From an uncultured Gammaproteobacteria bacterium (GTDB taxonomy: Bacteria > Pseudomonadota > Gammaproteobacteria > Arenicellales > DRJH01): 64,000 bases of DNA. The notes under the pieces were generated by a model that saw only the letters and a program-made list of their open reading frames with translations, did no database searches and had not been told where the DNA came from. The translations under genes were made by a program, and so were the position numbers. The stretch is taken from NCBI GenBank assembly GCA_964415515.1, contig CAYQAP010000002.1:28443-92442 (forward strand). The letters are read 5' to 3'. Shown one piece after another: positions 1 through 8,253 of this stretch; the stretch's first letter is position 1; each line of letters opens with the position of its first letter.

Positions 1-299
1 TCCATGCACCCTGTACCCTGCAGCACAGTCTGCAGCAAGCCGGACAGGTGGAAGAACTTTTGCAGCGCTTGGGTTTTTCCATAACGCCTGTTGTGGATGC
101 TCACCTATGTTGTGGCTCGGCAGGGACCTATTCTATTTTGCAAAAAAGTCTGTCCGAACAGCTATTGCACAACAAGATCACTGCCTTGGAAAACAATGAG
201 GCCGAACTCATTGCCACAGCAAATATCGGCTGTCAGCTGCACCTGGCTACGGCCACCAAGCTGCCCGTGGTCCACTGGATAGAATTGCTGGAAAGCTAG
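1..299 (+). CDS. glcF: Glycolate oxidase iron-sulfur subunit GlcF, C-terminal fragment (5' end outside window)
   Basis: The frame is open from the window edge (codons from nt 3: HAPCTLQHSLQ...) to TAG 297-299. Cysteine motifs PCTLQH, HLCCGSAGTYS and NIGCQLHL are typical of the GlcF/CCG-domain C-terminus. Confidence 0.7.
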   Translation, partial: HAPCTLQHSLQQAGQVEELLQRLGFSITPVVDAHLCCGSAGTYSILQKSLSEQLLHNKITALENNEAELIATANIGCQLHLATATKLPVVHWIELLES

Positions 300-321
300 G
301 AGCCTGTCTGAGGCGACTTAT

Positions 322-1335
322 TCAAGGCAATCCATCCGGATTCTGCTGTTGCCAGCGCCAGGTGTCCTCACACATTTGTAGCAGATTTTTCTCTGCTGTC
401 CAACCCAGCTCCTGCTGTGCCAAAGCGGCATCCGCGTAGCAACTGGCAATGTCACCGGGCCGACGTTTTGTGACCTCATAGGGAACCACCTTGCCCGAAG
501 CACGCGCAAATGCCGCCACCAGCTCCAGTACCGATACCCCGCTGCCTGTACCCAGGTTATGGATCATACAGCCAGGATTCTCGGTCAGTTTTTGCAATGC
601 CTTGATATGCCCCCGGGCAAGATCTACAACATGTATATAATCCCGCACGCCGGTTCCGTCTATGGTTGGATAGTCATTGCCAAATACCGCCAGATGAGGC
701 AGTTTGCCCACGGCCACCTGAGAAATATAGGGCATCAAGTTGTTGGGTGTGCCCTGCGGAGACTCCCCAATCAGCCCGGAACAATGAGCACCGACAGGAT
801 TGAAATAGCGCAAAATGGAAATATTCCATGCAGGATCGGAGCGGTATAAATCCTGGAGTATCGCCTCGATCATTAACTTGCTCTGACCATAGGGATTGAC
901 CGCACTAAGTGCAAAGTTTTCTTTGATCGGCAAGGATGCCGGTTCACCATAAACGGTGGCCGAGGAGCTGAAAACAAGCTGACAAACACGATATTTCTGC
1001 ATAATTCGCAACAAGTTTACAGAGCCGCAAACATTATTTCGATAATATGCCAGAGGCTGTTCGATCGACTCACCCACAGCCTTGAGCCCGGCAAAATGCA
1101 GTACGGCCGCAGGCCGATGACTGGAAAAGACCTCTTCCAGCGATTGGGTATCAAGCAAATCAGCCTGCACAAAAGACGGTGCCTTCCCTGTGATGCTGCG
1201 GATACGTCCCAGCACACTGGGCCTGCTGTTACTGAGATTATCCACTACCACCACGTCGTAACCTGCTGCCATTAATTCGACACAGGTGTGCGAACCGATG
1301 TACCCCGCACCACCGGTAACAAGGACTGTATTCAT
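322..1335 (-). CDS. galE: UDP-glucose 4-epimerase
   Basis: 337 aa. N-terminal Rossmann motif VLVTGGAGYIGSH, catalytic YGQSK, and full-length GalE-like sequence (FNPVGAH, DYPTIDGTGVRDYIHVVDLA). Confidence 0.92.
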   Translation of the reverse strand: MNTVLVTGGAGYIGSHTCVELMAAGYDVVVVDNLSNSRPSVLGRIRSITGKAPSFVQADLLDTQSLEEVFSSHRPAAVLHFAGLKAVGESIEQPLAYYRNNVCGSVNLLRIMQKYRVCQLVFSSSATVYGEPASLPIKENFALSAVNPYGQSKLMIEAILQDLYRSDPAWNISILRYFNPVGAHCSGLIGESPQGTPNNLMPYISQVAVGKLPHLAVFGNDYPTIDGTGVRDYIHVVDLARGHIKALQKLTENPGCMIHNLGTGSGVSVLELVAAFARASGKVVPYEVTKRRPGDIASCYADAALAQQELGWTAEKNLLQMCEDTWRWQQQNPDGLP

Positions 1336-1571
1336 CCCGACAACCTACCTCATCATGAGAAACTGCGCTGCTGTAGACTATAATCAGCCAACCCACAGCC
1401 AGAAAATGCTATGGTTACAGTATATCGCCTCACTGAGATTGATGAAAATAATCATTCGCCGACCTGTGCATGTTGCAACTGAGTATGTTGTGATCACATT
1501 GCGCAACCTGGCCAAGCGTTGTTTTCCCTTTTATCCTGGCCAGCCTGGCAGAGCAGGAGAGAGTTGACCGC

Positions 1572-2006
1572 ATGACAGCAGATACCAATACAACGGTTCA
1601 GGGAATCCGCAACGATCCTTTCGTAAAAGGCATGCTAAAACGTCTGCCCACAGAACAACGAAGCAGCTTCAGTGAGGAACAATTGCTGGGACTTAAGGTG
1701 GCGCTTGGCGCAAGGACATGGGGTACCCACCGCATTGACCTGCGTTGGACCATGAAGTTATGGAAAAAAAGCTACTATATTGTCATTATTGCAGGCGTCA
1801 ATCGAAGGTCCCCCAACCGTCGACAGCAGAAGCTGGCAAGATTAGGAAAGGCCATATTTTTGGCAACACTCTTTCTTATTCTCAGTGTGTTTAGTCTCCT
1901 CCTGCTATACATTATTAAATCTGCACTTGGTATCGACTTGATAGATAATTTTTCTCTCGGTATTTGGTCTGCTATTAAGAATCTTGTTAATGGAGGCCTG
2001 TACTAA
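1572..2006 (+). CDS. Hypothetical small membrane protein
   Basis: 144-aa ORF with a soluble basic N-terminal part followed by two hydrophobic segments (YYIVIIAGV; AIFLATLFLILSVFSLLLLYII). No family recognised. Confidence 0.45.
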   Translation: MTADTNTTVQGIRNDPFVKGMLKRLPTEQRSSFSEEQLLGLKVALGARTWGTHRIDLRWTMKLWKKSYYIVIIAGVNRRSPNRRQQKLARLGKAIFLATLFLILSVFSLLLLYIIKSALGIDLIDNFSLGIWSAIKNLVNGGLY

Positions 2007-2026
2007 GAATAGGTGTACCGGCTATA

Positions 2027-2051
2027 AGTAGTCAGTTTATTCCTGACTACT
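2027..2051. terminator. Hairpin between convergent genes (9-bp stem AGTAGTCAG / CTGACTACT, 7-nt loop)
   Basis: A perfect 9-bp inverted repeat read directly from the sequence. It overlaps the stop codon of the wzy-like gene. There is no U-tract on either side, so terminator function is uncertain. Confidence 0.3.
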
Positions 2052-3215
2052 ATGCAAAGTGTGCTTATAATCAACGGATTTCACTAGCATCATGGTGAGA
2101 ATTTGATAGGTAATATATATAATTGTATTGTCAGTTGGTAATAATGTCATACTGAAAATAAAAACTAATACACTGAAGCAGTTTCGAATAATAATCGTCC
2201 AGATTGCAAGAATGTATAATAATAATCCTATAATACCATATTCGAATTGCAATTTCAGGAAATCATTATGGGGATTATCAAAAATCAGGTAAATAACCTG
2301 TAATGTATTATCTGCAGAACCAATGCCGTGCCCAAATAGAGTTGAAAATATCTCGGTATTTGATACAATACGATTTAATTCACTTTGAATGGCTATCCTG
2401 CCTTGCAGAAAGTAATCTGCAGAAACATCATAGTAGTGAAAATAATTAAGGATAATCCTTGCAAGATAAGCAATATTCATTGCAATTAGATATAGGATAA
2501 TTACATAGATCACAGCAGTAAATAATGATTTTCTATATCTCTGTGTATTCAGGTATTCTCTGGGCTTGAAACCAAATAAATACAAATATGCGCCTAAAGA
2601 TGCCAATAGGGCAAAAAATGCAATTCTCTTAAAAATAATGCCATTCATAAATAGACTGATTGTCATCCATTTATAGTCTTTACGATAAATGAAATATAAT
2701 GAAAAAAGTGCAAACTGGAATGCATTATCTTCTTGCAAGGCAATTGAATCTACCAAATATGATCTTACGTTGAAACTGACATTAGTTTTAAAGGTAAACC
2801 CTACTAATGAATTGATCACAAAAACAATAAACAGGGTTTTTATCATTTTATCTGAAATCGCAACTACGGGTATAAAAGTGATAAATACAGCGCTAATAAT
2901 TAGAAAATCCCGGTAGGAAAAGAATGTTGCATATTGAAGGCTTAATAATGAAAATATAACAGCAATAATATATAAGAACAGCCCCAAAACCATTTTTTTA
3001 TCAAAAAGTATTACTTTTAGGATGACACTATTGAGAATTCCTGATACAAGAGAAATATATGGTAATATGTAAATAAGTTGTTGCAGCCCGGGAATTATAT
3101 TTCTTAAGGTAAATAAGATAGCAAAACTTCCACATACAACCCATCCTTGCCTGATCTTTAATAGTGCTAAAGCATCAGCTCTGGGATCAGAACTTGGAGT
3201 ACAAGATATTACCAT
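2037..3215 (-). CDS. Wzy-type polysaccharide polymerase / O-antigen ligase family (Wzy_C) membrane protein
   Basis: 392 aa, almost entirely hydrophobic segments, very AT-rich codons. The motif HNDFLKLQFEYGIIGLLLY matches the Wzy_C signature (compare HNDYLEFLLETGLIG in 10296..11723). Confidence 0.7.
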   Translation of the reverse strand: MVISCTPSSDPRADALALLKIRQGWVVCGSFAILFTLRNIIPGLQQLIYILPYISLVSGILNSVILKVILFDKKMVLGLFLYIIAVIFSLLSLQYATFFSYRDFLIISAVFITFIPVVAISDKMIKTLFIVFVINSLVGFTFKTNVSFNVRSYLVDSIALQEDNAFQFALFSLYFIYRKDYKWMTISLFMNGIIFKRIAFFALLASLGAYLYLFGFKPREYLNTQRYRKSLFTAVIYVIILYLIAMNIAYLARIILNYFHYYDVSADYFLQGRIAIQSELNRIVSNTEIFSTLFGHGIGSADNTLQVIYLIFDNPHNDFLKLQFEYGIIGLLLYILAIWTIIIRNCFSVLVFIFSMTLLPTDNTIIYITYQILTMMLVKSVDYKHTLHSSQE

Positions 3216-3426
3216 TTTGGTTGCACTTTAAGTATTATACTCTATTAATAAGTTATCAGTATAATTATGGGCTATAATGTATGTTTACAGTTACATCGCA
3301 TTTCACAAAAAGCCAAGTTAATTGATCCATCAGTACAGACTGATTGTAGGCTCATGATCGTGCTATATTTAATTTCAGTTGAATATCATCACATAAACTA
3401 TATTGAGACTAACATATTAACACAAC

Positions 3427-3435
3427 ACTATAATG
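3427..3435. repeat. Left copy of putative 9-bp target-site duplication (ACTATAATG)
   Basis: Directly abuts the left inverted repeat. Matches 8/9 with ACTAAAATG at 4182..4190. Confidence 0.6.
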
Positions 3436-3453
3436 CATATCGTTACCGTTATC
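3436..3453. repeat. Left terminal inverted repeat CATATCGTTACCGTTATC
   Basis: The reverse complement of 4164..4181 is CATACCGTTACCGTTATC, with one mismatch at position 5. Confidence 0.8.
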
Positions 3454-3769
3454 TCGGAAATGGCAATTTCGCTGGACACGGCAAAAATGAATCTGATCTA
3501 ATGCGCTTCAAATCACACCGGAGAGCCCCATGGATGTCCAGCACCTGCCGCAGAAAATCTGTAATCGCCTCTTTGATGCCCAGGCACTGGCCCAGATTCG
3601 TCATATTGTTCATGTTTGCTGCGAGCAAGCCAGCAGGCACAGGCGCCACGGTGCCCCGTTACCGATCAAACAGATCTGGCTGTACCCACTTGCGCAGGGA
3701 TGTTCGCAAACGCTTGTGTGCTCCGCTGCCGCCACTGCCGGTGCTCACCCACTCCGTAGCGGGTTCGAC

Positions 3770-4168
3770 ATGAAGACGGTGACCGCCATTGAACCGCAAA
3801 CAACCCAAACCCTGGCGGATGAGACCCTGGGTATCGAGTTGGGCGACAAACGACTAAATTGGCGTGCCGGCAAGGCGATCGAGCAACTGGGTCGTCAGCC
3901 GCGCAGCAGCATTCCCTCGGCCAACCGGGGCGGGAGTGAACCACGTTCCGCCTATGATCTATTCGCCCATAAGAACACCGAAGCACAGAAGATTCTGCAA
4001 CCGCATTATCAATCGACGCCGGAACGCATAAAACCGCATCCACGGGTGCTGGTGGCTCAAGCCACCACGGAACTGGACTACACCGGCAGGAACGATATTG
4101 TTGGCCTGAAAAGATGTCGAGATTTTGTGTTAGGTATTGCCGCACAAAAAGCAATCGATCAGCGATAA
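3770..4168 (+). pseudogene. Truncated IS4-family transposase (N-terminal DNA-binding region fused in frame to the extreme C-terminus)
   Basis: 132 aa. LGDKRLNWRAGKAIEQL...SIPSA...AYDLFAHKNTEAQKILQPHYQST...VLVAQATTELDYT parallels Tn5 Tnp LGDPRRTARLVNVAAQL...AYRFIRNPNVSAEAIRKAG...LLAIEDTTSLSY. The first DDE Asp position reads QATT instead of (E/Q)DTT. The tail VGLKRCRDFVLGIAAQKAIDQR resembles IS4 C-termini (GLQRLTDFAAG...). The stop codon lies inside the right IR. About 330 aa of the catalytic core are missing. Confidence 0.75.
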
Positions 4169-4181
4169 CGGTAACGGTATG
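4164..4181. repeat. Right terminal inverted repeat GATAACGGTAACGGTATG
   Basis: Reverse complement of the left IR (17/18). Confidence 0.8.
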
Positions 4182-4190
4182 ACTAAAATG
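4182..4190. repeat. Right copy of putative 9-bp target-site duplication (ACTAAAATG)
   Basis: Directly abuts the right IR. Matches 8/9 with 3427..3435. A 9-bp duplication is the size produced by IS50/Tn5-type elements. Confidence 0.6.
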
Positions 4191-4207
4191 ACATAAAGGA
4201 CATTCAC

Positions 4208-4966
4208 TTGTACGATCCTAATCCTCTATTTTTTACTACTTCCTGGGACGATGGCCATCCTATGGACAACCGCCTTGCAGAACTACTTGCAAAATATGAT
4301 ATTCAAGGAACATTCTACATTCCAGCGACTAATATTGAGGGTAGAAGTACACTTACCGAAAAAGATATTATTTCCCTTTCCAGCTCATTCGAAATTGGTG
4401 GCCATACTTATAGCCATATTTATTTGGATAAATTAAGTTCTGATAGAGCCTGGCATGAAATTGTAGATGGTAAAGAGTATATCGAGCAAATACTTGGTAC
4501 TAAAATCTCTGGCTTTTGTTATCCTGGTGGAAAATATAATTGTTCACTAAAACAACTTGTTAAAAATGCTGGATTTGAATATGCCAGAACAATAGCGAAT
4601 TTAAGCATCACACCTGGATATGATCCCTTTCAACTTTCGACAACACTACAATTATATGATCATAGCAAAACTGTATATTGCAGAAATTATCTAAATAACT
4701 TATATCGTGAAAAAGCAAGCTTCGCACTTCTTCTAATATGCTTGAAAACTAACACATTATCACAACGGTTACATAATTGCCTTGACTTCGCACTAAAATC
4801 AGGAGGAATCTTTCACCTCTGGGGCCATTCATGGGAAATTGAAGAATATCAAGGCTGGAAAATACTTGAAAACTTTTTTATGGAAATCAATGGTGTTCTC
4901 GATAAAGACTCAAGAATAACCAATTCTCAAACCGCACAACTATTGGCTAATAATACTATATTATGA
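4208..4966 (+). CDS. Polysaccharide deacetylase (NodB-homology/CE4) family protein, no signal peptide
   Basis: 252 aa with a TTG start preceded by AAAGGA. Motifs TTSWDDGHP (TFDDG-like) and EIGGHTYSH (H-S/T-x-x-H). Confidence 0.75.
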   Translation: MYDPNPLFFTTSWDDGHPMDNRLAELLAKYDIQGTFYIPATNIEGRSTLTEKDIISLSSSFEIGGHTYSHIYLDKLSSDRAWHEIVDGKEYIEQILGTKISGFCYPGGKYNCSLKQLVKNAGFEYARTIANLSITPGYDPFQLSTTLQLYDHSKTVYCRNYLNNLYREKASFALLLICLKTNTLSQRLHNCLDFALKSGGIFHLWGHSWEIEEYQGWKILENFFMEINGVLDKDSRITNSQTAQLLANNTIL

Positions 4967-5772
4967 TGTTCAAAACTCTACTCAGAGCAACATTGGGACC
5001 TGTGATGTTGCCACTGCTTTCTCTATATAACCAACGAGTACATCCCTATGCAGTCATACTTCTTTATCATTCAATATCAGATGAATCAAATATAACTGAT
5101 CCAGTTAATATCTCTGCTTTTCGACAACATATGCAATTCCTGGTACAGAATTATACTGTTATTCCACTCAATTCAATTCAAAAGGCCTTGTCTTCATTTA
5201 ACAAAGGCAGCAAACCTTATGCAATTATTACTTTTGATGATGGATACCTTGATAATTATACCAACGCATTGCCAATTCTCGATGAATTTCATTTACCCGC
5301 CACTTTCTTTCTTGCTACTTCCGAAATAGGAAGTGAAGCTAATCCCAGACTCCGAAGTCAATATGGCATTGAAATCCCAATGATGGATTGGCACCACATT
5401 AAGCAGCTGTTAGCAAGGCATCACTTGATCGGCTCACATACTGAATCACATCATACTATGTTAACTTTGTCGGAAGGACAAAGGATTATTGAACTCAAAA
5501 GATCACAAGAACTGATTCATAGAAATACTGGAGTGCTGACAGAGCTATTTTCTTTACCCTATGGGGACAAATACAGCTACACATACCAGGATTGCATGCA
5601 AGTTTCTAAGTATTATAGAATCTGTTGTAATAATATCCGAGGGAAGAATAGTAAAAAGAATCTTGATCTCATTAATCTTTACAGATATTCAATCACTGGA
5701 TCTATGTGTATAAATCAATTCAAAATGGAGCTAAAAGGTTGTTATGACATTTTGGAGATATTCAGGATTTAA
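4963..5772 (+). CDS. Polysaccharide deacetylase (NodB-homology/CE4) family protein
   Basis: 269 aa. Motifs AIITFDDGYLDNY, LPATFFL and IGSHTESHH. ATGA start/stop overlap with the upstream gene. Confidence 0.8.
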   Translation: MMFKTLLRATLGPVMLPLLSLYNQRVHPYAVILLYHSISDESNITDPVNISAFRQHMQFLVQNYTVIPLNSIQKALSSFNKGSKPYAIITFDDGYLDNYTNALPILDEFHLPATFFLATSEIGSEANPRLRSQYGIEIPMMDWHHIKQLLARHHLIGSHTESHHTMLTLSEGQRIIELKRSQELIHRNTGVLTELFSLPYGDKYSYTYQDCMQVSKYYRICCNNIRGKNSKKNLDLINLYRYSITGSMCINQFKMELKGCYDILEIFRI

Positions 5773-5776
5773 ACAA

Positions 5777-6949
5777 ATGAGGAAATCAACACACTGCGAT
5801 TCTTCGGTGCTTTTTATTGAGCGTATCGTTCCCGCTTACCGGGTCCCCTTTTTTCTTGCTATGTACGAGCTGTTACGGCGTGCATCAATTAAGCTTGCTG
5901 TCGTTGGTGGCGCCTGCATGCCGTCTGAATATCTGACTAACTCACTTGTTGAGCTTCCCTTTGGCCATCCTATCCATAATCACTATCTCTTTCGCAGTAT
6001 TTACTGGCAGTCTGGTCTGTTGCAACTAGCGAAATCATCCCAGCTTATTATCACTGGACAGGAAAATCGTTCCTTAACAACTAACATGATAGTGCTGCGA
6101 CGAAGGCTCACCCGGAGACCACCACTTATTGCCTTCTACGACCATGGCCCAGTATCAGCCGGTTCTTCGCTATACTCATCCCTCAACTATGCGCTGAAAA
6201 AATCTTTAAGCCTGCGTGCAGACTGGTGGTTTGCCTATACAGAACTCAGTAAAAGTCGTCTCATCCAAGCAGGCTATAACCAATCTAGAATCACGGTCGT
6301 AAATAATGCAATTGATACACTGAAACTTTCAGAAGCTGTTGAGAAGATTACCCCTGAAGAATTGACTTCTCTATACAACAAGCTATTTGGAGAAAATATT
6401 ACCTCAACCGATAGTGTAGTAATTGCTATATCCTGTACACGCCTTATTGCAGAAAAAAAAATCAAGGCCCTATTGACTGCATTGGACATGATTTATGCCA
6501 CAACCTCACATTTTCGAATGCTTGTGATTGGCGACGGCCCGATGAAAAGCGACCTTCAGAATTTCTGTCGATCACGATCCTGGTGTAAATATCTAGGAGT
6601 GCTTTATGGAAAAGAGCGTAACCAATATTTTGCTTTGGCTGATGTCTGGTTAAATCCTGGAACAGTTGGCCTCACGGTACTTGATGCCTTTGCTTCCTCA
6701 GCCCCATTGTTTACCACTACATCTCCTTCACACGGGCCGGAAATTTGCTATCTCGAGCACAACAACAATGGAGTGATCACAACTGATGATGTAACTCAAT
6801 ACGCAAACTCCGTCACACAAGTCATTCAAAACCCTAAAGAATTACAACGAATGCAGGCATCGGCAAGACAATCAGCATTACATTATAGTCTCGATTCCAT
6901 GGTCAATCACTTTTCCTCTGGCATCGTGAAAGCCCTGTCAGCGGGTTAA
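5777..6949 (+). CDS. Glycosyltransferase, GT-B fold (GT4/GT1-like)
   Basis: The ORF runs 5744..6949. The ATG at 5777 just after the upstream stop is the likelier start. The C-terminal half (VIGDGPMKSDL..., ADVWLNPGTVGLTVLDAFASSAPLFTT) looks like a retaining GT-B sugar transferase. Confidence 0.65.
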   Translation: MRKSTHCDSSVLFIERIVPAYRVPFFLAMYELLRRASIKLAVVGGACMPSEYLTNSLVELPFGHPIHNHYLFRSIYWQSGLLQLAKSSQLIITGQENRSLTTNMIVLRRRLTRRPPLIAFYDHGPVSAGSSLYSSLNYALKKSLSLRADWWFAYTELSKSRLIQAGYNQSRITVVNNAIDTLKLSEAVEKITPEELTSLYNKLFGENITSTDSVVIAISCTRLIAEKKIKALLTALDMIYATTSHFRMLVIGDGPMKSDLQNFCRSRSWCKYLGVLYGKERNQYFALADVWLNPGTVGLTVLDAFASSAPLFTTTSPSHGPEICYLEHNNNGVITTDDVTQYANSVTQVIQNPKELQRMQASARQSALHYSLDSMVNHFSSGIVKALSAG

Positions 6950-8253
6950 TGTTCATCATGAAGCAGGAAAACAAAAAATACCGGCTGTTCAATATTGTTC
7001 AAGGCACTACCCTATCGGTGATCGACCACGCCAGCTTATCTGCCTTGAATTTTCTACTCGGACTTGGTTTCATTAATTTTGGCAGCAAAACAGACTATGG
7101 CAATTACGCGCAGTTATTTGCTTTTATGATACTGATACAGAGTATTTTTCATTCTCTGGTTTATGAGCCGCTATTGACGCTGGCAGCCAAAAAAAGCCCC
7201 ATCAAAACCGCCAGAATGGAGTCCGCGCTGCTCTGGTATCTCACAAGCAGCGCACTTCTTGGCTCTTTCCTGATCTACCTGCTGTTACTCGCCGCCATCC
7301 GATTGCAGTTCATAACGGAACTCAGTACCTCAACCGTATTGCCCTTCTCCTTGGCTATATTTTCCCTTCTCATGCGTGAGTACGTCAGGACCGTATGCTT
7401 TTTGCGCCGTCAACCGGCACGATCTTTACAGGTGGATTCGATTTATGCAATCAGCCTCTGCCTGGGGTTATTGTTTTTTGCCATGACCACTGGATTTGTT
7501 CTTGGTGCGGTTTTCAAATCCATGATCATGGCTAATATCATGGCAGTGATTTTTGGCCTGTTACGGCTACGAATTGAGCCTATCTATCCGCTGCGAGATT
7601 TTCGCCAGGTCATTTACGAAACCTGGAACTGTGCAAAATGGTCGCTGCCACGCTCTGTTGTCACTTGGCTTCTCGCCAACACCTATCTGTACATTACCAG
7701 TTTTTTCTTTGGCTCAGTTATCGTGGCCGAAATTGCTGCTGCGCGACTGTTTATTATGCCCCTGGGGCTATGTTTGACCGCCTGGGAAAAAATCTTTTTA
7801 CCCCGGGCAAGCCGCTGGCTTTCTCACAATGACGTACTTAGGGTCCAGCAGACAGCCCTCTTTTCAGCAAGGATATTTCTGGCACTTGTGTTACTGTATT
7901 TTCTGTTACTTGTCGTCTCCTTTGAGAAAATACAGTTTTATTTATTGGCGAATAACTACTCAAACATTTTACCGTTTGTTTTGCTTTGGGGGGGCTGGGC
8001 TCTGGTCAATTCCTTCCGTACCGTGGCTACAAATTTACTACTCGCCGCCTTAAAGTTTCAGCAACTCTTTCACTATGCAACGATTGTTGCTCTTTTGTCT
8101 TTACCAATTACCGGCATTGCCGCTTTCATTTTAGGCCCAGAGGCCACCCTGGTTACTTATATTCTCTCTGAAGTACTCTTCACCTACCTAACATGGTATA
8201 AAGGCTGGAGCAATGTTCGCAAGGTGCTTCAGACCACAAACACCAGCCCATGA
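6949..8253 (+). CDS. Wzx-type oligosaccharide flippase (MOP superfamily) candidate
   Basis: 434 aa with about 12 or more hydrophobic helices, embedded in the glycosyltransferase operon. TAATG overlap with the upstream gene. Assigned by architecture and context, not by a strong motif. Confidence 0.55.
   Translation: MFIMKQENKKYRLFNIVQGTTLSVIDHASLSALNFLLGLGFINFGSKTDYGNYAQLFAFMILIQSIFHSLVYEPLLTLAAKKSPIKTARMESALLWYLTSSALLGSFLIYLLLLAAIRLQFITELSTSTVLPFSLAIFSLLMREYVRTVCFLRRQPARSLQVDSIYAISLCLGLLFFAMTTGFVLGAVFKSMIMANIMAVIFGLLRLRIEPIYPLRDFRQVIYETWNCAKWSLPRSVVTWLLANTYLYITSFFFGSVIVAEIAAARLFIMPLGLCLTAWEKIFLPRASRWLSHNDVLRVQQTALFSARIFLALVLLYFLLLVVSFEKIQFYLLANNYSNILPFVLLWGGWALVNSFRTVATNLLLAALKFQQLFHYATIVALLSLPITGIAAFILGPEATLVTYILSEVLFTYLTWYKGWSNVRKVLQTTNTSP

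Larger units (their letters stand above)
3436..4181 (+). mobile_element. Internally deleted IS4-family (IS50/Tn5-like) insertion sequence remnant, 746 bp
   Basis: Bounded by 18-bp terminal inverted repeats (17/18 identical) and a 9-bp flanking direct repeat (8/9). It is a GC-rich segment embedded in AT-rich DNA and encodes a truncated Tn5-like transposase. Confidence 0.75.

Noticed and set aside
3267-3773. 168-aa ORF running from AT-rich spacer into the IS remnant
   Set aside because: It crosses the left IR boundary of the element and changes composition midway, and its sequence has no protein-like features. It is most likely a chance open frame. The minus-strand ORF 3449-3649 showed only an unconvincing resemblance to IS4 C-termini.
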